Shown: positions 16,217 through 21,360 of the stretch, piece by piece
Position numbering within the stretch: the first letter of the stretch is position 1
Layout of the letters: every line of letters starts with the position of its first letter
Notes under the pieces: model-generated
What the model was told of the DNA's origin: nothing
Databases searched by the model: none
What the model saw: the letters and a program-made list of their open reading frames with translations, nothing else
Assembly: GCA_019058275.1 (NCBI GenBank)
Contig: JAHLVW010000011.1
Location: 1 to 21,360 of the forward strand
Length of the DNA: 21,360 bases
Source: Candidatus Heimdallarchaeota archaeon
GTDB taxonomy: Archaea > Asgardarchaeota > Heimdallarchaeia > JABLTI01
Direction: 5' to 3'
Made by a program: the position numbers and the translations under genes

Positions 16217-18058
16217 TTGAAAATAGGAACAGGAATTCAAATTATGAATAGCTCTAATGTGGATTTTCTTTGTATAGATAAAACAATTCATATTATTAAT
16301 TTTAGAATTAGATTATATCCTTCTAAACTATGCGATCTTAAAGGGTCACAGGAAATTGAAAACATTTTACCATCTATTAATTTCAAGTATGATATAAAAA
16401 ATGAGAATATTAAATCCTCAAATATAAAGTCTAAGATTTTTGTTCAAAATGATAAATTAGTCTTTGATAAAAAGGAATTAAAGTTTATAAAATTCGGTCA
16501 AATAGAGTTTTGTTGGGAAAGCACTTTTGATGATCAGATTGTAATTATAATGGATATTGAAGTTGTTGATACAATTGAAAATGCTATATCATTTACTAAT
16601 GTAAAAGACTACTTGCTGAAATCTATTAGTGGCTTTCAACAATATGAAAATTTTCGTAAAAATGAATCACACATACATCGATTTCTAAATAAAAACATAC
16701 AAGGAATAAATGCTGACTTAAAGAAAGTCACAGATCCTGTTTCTTTAAACTTCAGAAAAATGGATGAGAATAAGATTAGATTTGTTCAAAAGAGTTCAAA
16801 AATTATTTATGAGGAAGTTATTTCTAATTTTGAACATTATGATAATATATCATTAGAAGTAAAATTCAGAGACCAGTATATTCATTTATATCCAACAGAT
16901 GAATATAATATTTGGACATATGAAAATGGCAAAGGTATAAATCTTCCAAAAAATGGGTTTTTTGAAATTTATCTAATAACTCCTTCTAAATTCAAATATA
17001 ATAAGTCAAATAGAGAGAAAGAATTGCGTACCATGAAATCTGAGTTATACAATATAAGAAATGATTCTAATTCTATAGTTCATGTTAAATTGAGTAACTT
17101 AATCAATGCAGATATGAATAGCACTTATACCTCTCCACTAGATAATTATCAATTATTACTTAATAAAACAAAATATAATGAAATTATAAGAAAATTAGAT
17201 CAAAAGCAACTTAATGCATTGGAAAACATAAATAATAATAAAATATTGGTAATCACTGGTTATGCAGGTTGTGGTAAAACTGAAGTAGGTGTATTAGCAG
17301 CACTACTTAGTAATAAACAAAATTATAGATTACTCGTAACTTCACAAACGAACAAGGCAATAGATAATTTTCTTGAAAGATTGCTAGATTATAAAAAGAA
17401 ATTCCCCAATATAATAGATTTGAAAAATATAGTTAGACTTAGATCAATATATAATAAAATCTATAATAAGAAACTAAGGAAATACAATTTGGAGAATATT
17501 ATTAACAATATTAGAAGTAAAATTAATCGAATCTGTAATAGAGATTTACCTACTTTAGCAGAACAAGAAATGCAACAAGAATTTAAAGATATTTTTACAA
17601 AAGAAATTGTACTATCTGAAATAATTCCTCTTACATTTGATATTGTTTTATCTACATATGGTAAAATTATTTCTAATAGAAGTTTTTTCAGAGATAATCA
17701 GAATTTCTATCTGAATATTACTGATGCTTCAAGTTGTATTTATTTCTCACAATTTATACTAGGCTCGAACAAATCTAACAAATGGCTTATTCTAGGTGAA
17801 GAATTACAGTTACTACCGCAAACAGTTGGTGATTATGTTTTCAAGGAAGACTTAGTTTATCCCGAAGACAAACAGCTTTATGAAGCTATTAGGTATGATC
17901 CCCAAGATTTATCACACAGAAGAAAATTTTCACCTAATTCCAAGAAAGTATACAAGCTTAGCATATTGGAATTCATGCTAAGGATGAAAGATGAGGACTT
18001 GGACACAAACTTATCACATATTCAGTTGAATACACCCAAAATATTCATTCTAAACTAG
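16217..18058 (+). CDS. Degenerate Dna2/Upf1-type SF1 helicase, N-terminal part (first RecA domain); frameshifted
   Basis: LDQKQLNAL (Q-motif), ITGYAGCGKT, SQTNKAIDN. Walker B is degenerate (ITDASS rather than IIDEASQ), as is motif III (GEELQLLP rather than GDxxQLPP). An alternative start is the ATG at 16244 after AGGA. Confidence 0.75.
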   Translation: MKIGTGIQIMNSSNVDFLCIDKTIHIINFRIRLYPSKLCDLKGSQEIENILPSINFKYDIKNENIKSSNIKSKIFVQNDKLVFDKKELKFIKFGQIEFCWESTFDDQIVIIMDIEVVDTIENAISFTNVKDYLLKSISGFQQYENFRKNESHIHRFLNKNIQGINADLKKVTDPVSLNFRKMDENKIRFVQKSSKIIYEEVISNFEHYDNISLEVKFRDQYIHLYPTDEYNIWTYENGKGINLPKNGFFEIYLITPSKFKYNKSNREKELRTMKSELYNIRNDSNSIVHVKLSNLINADMNSTYTSPLDNYQLLLNKTKYNEIIRKLDQKQLNALENINNNKILVITGYAGCGKTEVGVLAALLSNKQNYRLLVTSQTNKAIDNFLERLLDYKKKFPNIIDLKNIVRLRSIYNKIYNKKLRKYNLENIINNIRSKINRICNRDLPTLAEQEMQQEFKDIFTKEIVLSEIIPLTFDIVLSTYGKIISNRSFFRDNQNFYLNITDASSCIYFSQFILGSNKSNKWLILGEELQLLPQTVGDYVFKEDLVYPEDKQLYEAIRYDPQDLSHRRKFSPNSKKVYKLSILEFMLRMKDEDLDTNLSHIQLNTPKIFILN

Positions 18059-18069
18059 TTGCTGCTTTT

Positions 18070-18603
18070 GTGAAGGATAATTCAGATATAAATTATCCAA
18101 ATGATATCGATTTCTTAGATTTCTCACATTTGTCTAGTTTTACTGAGCAAAGTAATCGCATTCAATACCAAAATAACCGTTTAAGTAAAAATGTGATAAT
18201 AAATAATCTTATAGAAAAACTAGGAACCCTTGTAAATGAGATAAATCAAGATTCAAGTACAAGAAGAATAAGTATTGGTGTGGGTTTTGATAATATTGAT
18301 TCTGTAAGATTTGCTATAACACAATTATCAAACATCTTTGAAAAAATTAAAATCAATAAATTCCAAAAAATCATTGAATTTCCTATCGGCAAAATTGATA
18401 TCTTAATTTCATCAATAAAGAATCATCAAGAAAGAGAATATGATATTTTTCTTTTTGGGATTACAATAGCTAATTTGAAATTTAGTGAGGAGCAAATATA
18501 TACTGCTTTAACTAGGGCTGCAAGCTATTTATTCATTTTTGGACCTGACTTCTCAGAAATTAGACCTAAAAGTATGAGAAAAAAAATTGAGAAACTGGTG
18601 TAA
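18070..18603 (+). CDS. SF1 helicase C-terminal part (second RecA domain); probably the frameshifted continuation of 16217-18058
   Basis: ISIGVGF, SSIKNHQEREYD (motif V-like) and YTALTRAASYLFIFG (motif VI). The frame is open from 17995, overlapping the end of the previous ORF, and there is no clear SD before the GTG. Confidence 0.7.
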   Translation: MKDNSDINYPNDIDFLDFSHLSSFTEQSNRIQYQNNRLSKNVIINNLIEKLGTLVNEINQDSSTRRISIGVGFDNIDSVRFAITQLSNIFEKIKINKFQKIIEFPIGKIDILISSIKNHQEREYDIFLFGITIANLKFSEEQIYTALTRAASYLFIFGPDFSEIRPKSMRKKIEKLV

Positions 18604-18608
18604 AATTC

Positions 18609-19802
18609 ATGCAAAAAAGTAAATCTAGTATTGAAAGTATCTTTTCGAGAAATATTGAGATTTATTCACTTATAGGGTGGTTTATAGTAGAAAGAAATCA
18701 TGAAACACTTGATTATATAAGAATACTGTTGGATATTATCAAATATTATGGATCAATATCAGCTAAGCAAATAGCCAGTAAATTTGGTTTGGAAGATCGA
18801 ATCTCTAACAACCTTCTTCTTTCACTTAACAGGACATATCCAAATCTTTTGAGTGTTGAAGAAAAAAACACTCAAAACTATTTTTCGATAAATCAAGATT
18901 ATAAGGAAGATGATTTCAAATCTATTGTTGAAGAAATAGAAATGAAACTTCAATTTGGGATATGTATTGAACCTTTATTTTTCGTTGACAGATTTATACG
19001 TCCAGATAAAGATATTGAGTATAAATCAATTATAGATACAGAACAGATTGTTGATACGCTTAATCAAATTATCTCTAATACAAATAATAATTTAGATGAG
19101 GATTCTATAACTCTACCTGATCATCTTCGATTTCAATCTAATAAAGGTGCATACCTACAAGGTAAAACTATAGGTCAACTTGTTTTTAATGAACAACATG
19201 AGTTTGATGTTTATATAAAAGACAAATTTTTCAATATAACAATAACTAAAACACATCCTGACTATTCAAAATTTATTGAAGAGCTTGAAGAAATAAAAAA
19301 CCAAGCTGATTCAATTGATGCTCAAATTACTAATGAATTAGAGAAAATACTTGGAAAAATAAATTATAATTATAATATTAATTTGGATTCTGGTATTCTT
19401 ATTATTAATATAACAGAGGATAGAAATGAATATATTGGAATAGTCATGAATTTGTTGAAGCTCTATGAACAGAAGATTTTCGAAATTCAATTGAATAATT
19501 ATTGGACATTAAATTTAAACATAGAAGTGAATGTAGAGAACAAAAGTATTCAAAGTACAATTCTGTTTTTTAATATTTTTTTAGAGGATATTGATAAAAA
19601 CTTTGAAAGTATGTTGAAATTGAAACGCAATAAAATTTTGAATTATGTTAACAAGGTTTGGAAAAAATCCAATAAGAATTCAAATTATGTATGGTCTAAA
19701 AAAGCCTTACTTAATCATGTAAAGTTGATACAAGATCAAAATTATTCAATTTTAATGAATTATATTTATGGGAAATTTATGGAGGAAATTATTTTTGTCT
19801 AA
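18609..19802 (+). CDS. Uncharacterised protein with probable N-terminal winged-helix domain
   Basis: Long ORF 5 nt after the helicase stop. ILLDIIKYYGSISAKQIASKFGLEDRISNNLLLSL is an HTH-like pattern. Confidence 0.55.
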   Translation: MQKSKSSIESIFSRNIEIYSLIGWFIVERNHETLDYIRILLDIIKYYGSISAKQIASKFGLEDRISNNLLLSLNRTYPNLLSVEEKNTQNYFSINQDYKEDDFKSIVEEIEMKLQFGICIEPLFFVDRFIRPDKDIEYKSIIDTEQIVDTLNQIISNTNNNLDEDSITLPDHLRFQSNKGAYLQGKTIGQLVFNEQHEFDVYIKDKFFNITITKTHPDYSKFIEELEEIKNQADSIDAQITNELEKILGKINYNYNINLDSGILIINITEDRNEYIGIVMNLLKLYEQKIFEIQLNNYWTLNLNIEVNVENKSIQSTILFFNIFLEDIDKNFESMLKLKRNKILNYVNKVWKKSNKNSNYVWSKKALLNHVKLIQDQNYSILMNYIYGKFMEEIIFV

Positions 19803-21324
19803 CTATCAACTTGAAGAATTACTTTTTTATCATACTATTTCTTACTCAAGTCAAGTTAAAACTTCAAAATCTCAAAAACTAAATCAATTACCGATTTTCA
19901 ATAAAAATGATAATTTTGAACTTCTGATGGTTCATAAGGATGTTTCTGATGAAAGGTCATTATCAGCCAGTATTTTTAAAATGATTGATTTAGCTATTGA
20001 AAACGATAGTTTTCTCTTAATATCTAGTTACTATTTCAATAATTATGAAATAATCAATGCTCTAAAGCAAGCTTGTATTAAACTTAAAGGTAAAATCTAC
20101 ATTCTTGTTGGAGATGAATATGCTTTAAATGATTCAATAAATAGAGAAGGCGAGATCATACCAGAAGGCTTGATTGATTTAGCTAGAAATGGTGCACAAA
20201 TTAGAAAGAAAGTCGGCGCTCATCTAAAGTTTATTGTTTCTGGTGAAAAATGTATAATCATGTCTACAAATCTTACAACTGAAGGATTATTTGTGAATCC
20301 TGAATATGGAATTGTAATTGATAAGAATAATCCAATATTTGAATCATTAAAAATTTTATTTTCCAATTTATGGCATCAAAAAAGTGAGGTTTTACTAAAT
20401 GATAGGGGATGGATTAATGCTCCAAACTGGAATGTATATGGAAAAAAACTATCTAAAATAAAACCACTTTTTCCAAAACTTATTCTTTCATCAAATAGTA
20501 TCATTAATGAAATAAATTCCTATTCTGAAATTGTAAATCCTAATAGCTTATTCGATGAAATCACTTCGCTTCTTATAAATGCGAATGAATTAATAGAAAT
20601 TTCAATATATTCTTTGGTTAATAAACCTGATAATCAAATAAACAAGATATATGAAATCTTAATAGATAAATCTGGTAAAATCAATGTTCACATTCTTGTT
20701 CCTCAAATAAAATTACGAAATCAAAGATCACAGAAGATGTTGGAAGCTCTAGATAAACTGCTTGATGCTGGTGCTGAAATTCGATTTTATAGAGAGTTAC
20801 ATGGAAAAATAATTATTGTAGATAAAAAAGAAGCATTATTTCTAACAGGGAACTTAGATGAATATTTAGTGGAAGATAACTCTTATGACATTGGTTGTTT
20901 TTTAACTAATCATATTCTTGTTGACAATATAAGGAAATTGTACAATCATTTATGGGAAGAAGCTTCAGACTTAATTGAACCTAACAGAAATCTAAAGCTA
21001 AAAGTAAATTTAGTAATAGAATCCCAAGATTATCTCAGTTCCATTAAACCAATTCCTGTTTTTGAATTAGAAAATAGAATAAAGAAAAGTCCACTAATCA
21101 GATTATTCTATACTGATGAAAAATCTTTGCTTCAAATAACGGATAAAAAAGGTGGTAGCTACTCAATCGAAATCTTACATTCTGAGGAAAAAAATATTGA
21201 TGGTGAATTTATTTTTATTAAAGGAGTAATAAATCAGAAATGGAGTAAATTCAATAAAAGGAATTCTAAAGAGTATATATTGGAACAATTAAGATTAAAC
21301 ATGTACTGGAAGGATATTGTATAA
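19768..21324 (+). CDS. Phospholipase D-family nuclease with two HKD-type domains
   Basis: HLKFIVSGEKCIIMSTNLT and HGKIIIVDKKEALFLTGNL, each preceded by an ISxY strand (ISSYYF, ISIYSL). The likely true start is TTG at 19795 after SD GGAGG (19781-19785), overlapping the upstream stop. Confidence 0.85.
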   Translation: MGNLWRKLFLSNYQLEELLFYHTISYSSQVKTSKSQKLNQLPIFNKNDNFELLMVHKDVSDERSLSASIFKMIDLAIENDSFLLISSYYFNNYEIINALKQACIKLKGKIYILVGDEYALNDSINREGEIIPEGLIDLARNGAQIRKKVGAHLKFIVSGEKCIIMSTNLTTEGLFVNPEYGIVIDKNNPIFESLKILFSNLWHQKSEVLLNDRGWINAPNWNVYGKKLSKIKPLFPKLILSSNSIINEINSYSEIVNPNSLFDEITSLLINANELIEISIYSLVNKPDNQINKIYEILIDKSGKINVHILVPQIKLRNQRSQKMLEALDKLLDAGAEIRFYRELHGKIIIVDKKEALFLTGNLDEYLVEDNSYDIGCFLTNHILVDNIRKLYNHLWEEASDLIEPNRNLKLKVNLVIESQDYLSSIKPIPVFELENRIKKSPLIRLFYTDEKSLLQITDKKGGSYSIEILHSEEKNIDGEFIFIKGVINQKWSKFNKRNSKEYILEQLRLNMYWKDIV

Positions 21325-21360
21325 TGTTATATAATCGATACTATACTGGATTAGCTTAAA

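Noticed and set aside
18035-18041. CCCAAAA as a canonical programmed -1 ribosomal frameshift site
   Set aside because: The codon register is ACA-CCC-AAA-ATA, not X-XXY-YYZ, and no obvious downstream stimulatory structure was seen. It is kept only as an indel or slippage candidate.

Overview
A very AT-rich, gene-dense window that reads as a defence island. It probably comes from an archaeon, based on BRE/TATA-like upstream motifs, GGAGGTGA-type Shine-Dalgarno sites and a DUF1156-like methylase; an Asgard origin is plausible but cannot be proven from this sequence. The centre is a ~130-bp divergent control region driving two different long prokaryotic Argonautes. The leftward arm carries a winged-helix regulator translationally coupled to a slicer-dead Argonaute (730 aa, with a Cys cluster in its PAZ region). 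It continues with a Zn-ribbon amino-methyltransferase and a 1.4-kaa Cas4/RecB-like nuclease fused to a Dna2/Upf1-type SF1 helicase. The rightward arm carries a 759-aa Argonaute with an intact MID pocket and an atypical D-E-D-Q tetrad, coupled to a membrane-anchored RmuC-family nuclease, a DEDD 3'-5' exonuclease and a tiny HNH protein. Further right lie a degenerate SF1 helicase split by a single-base frameshift, a wHTH protein and a two-HKD PLD-family nuclease (Mokosh-like in domain content). At the left end are a P-loop NTPase, probably 5'-truncated, and a probable decayed IS200/IS605 tnpA fragment. No CRISPR array, tRNA or rRNA was seen. All family calls come from motif recognition by eye, not from database searches.
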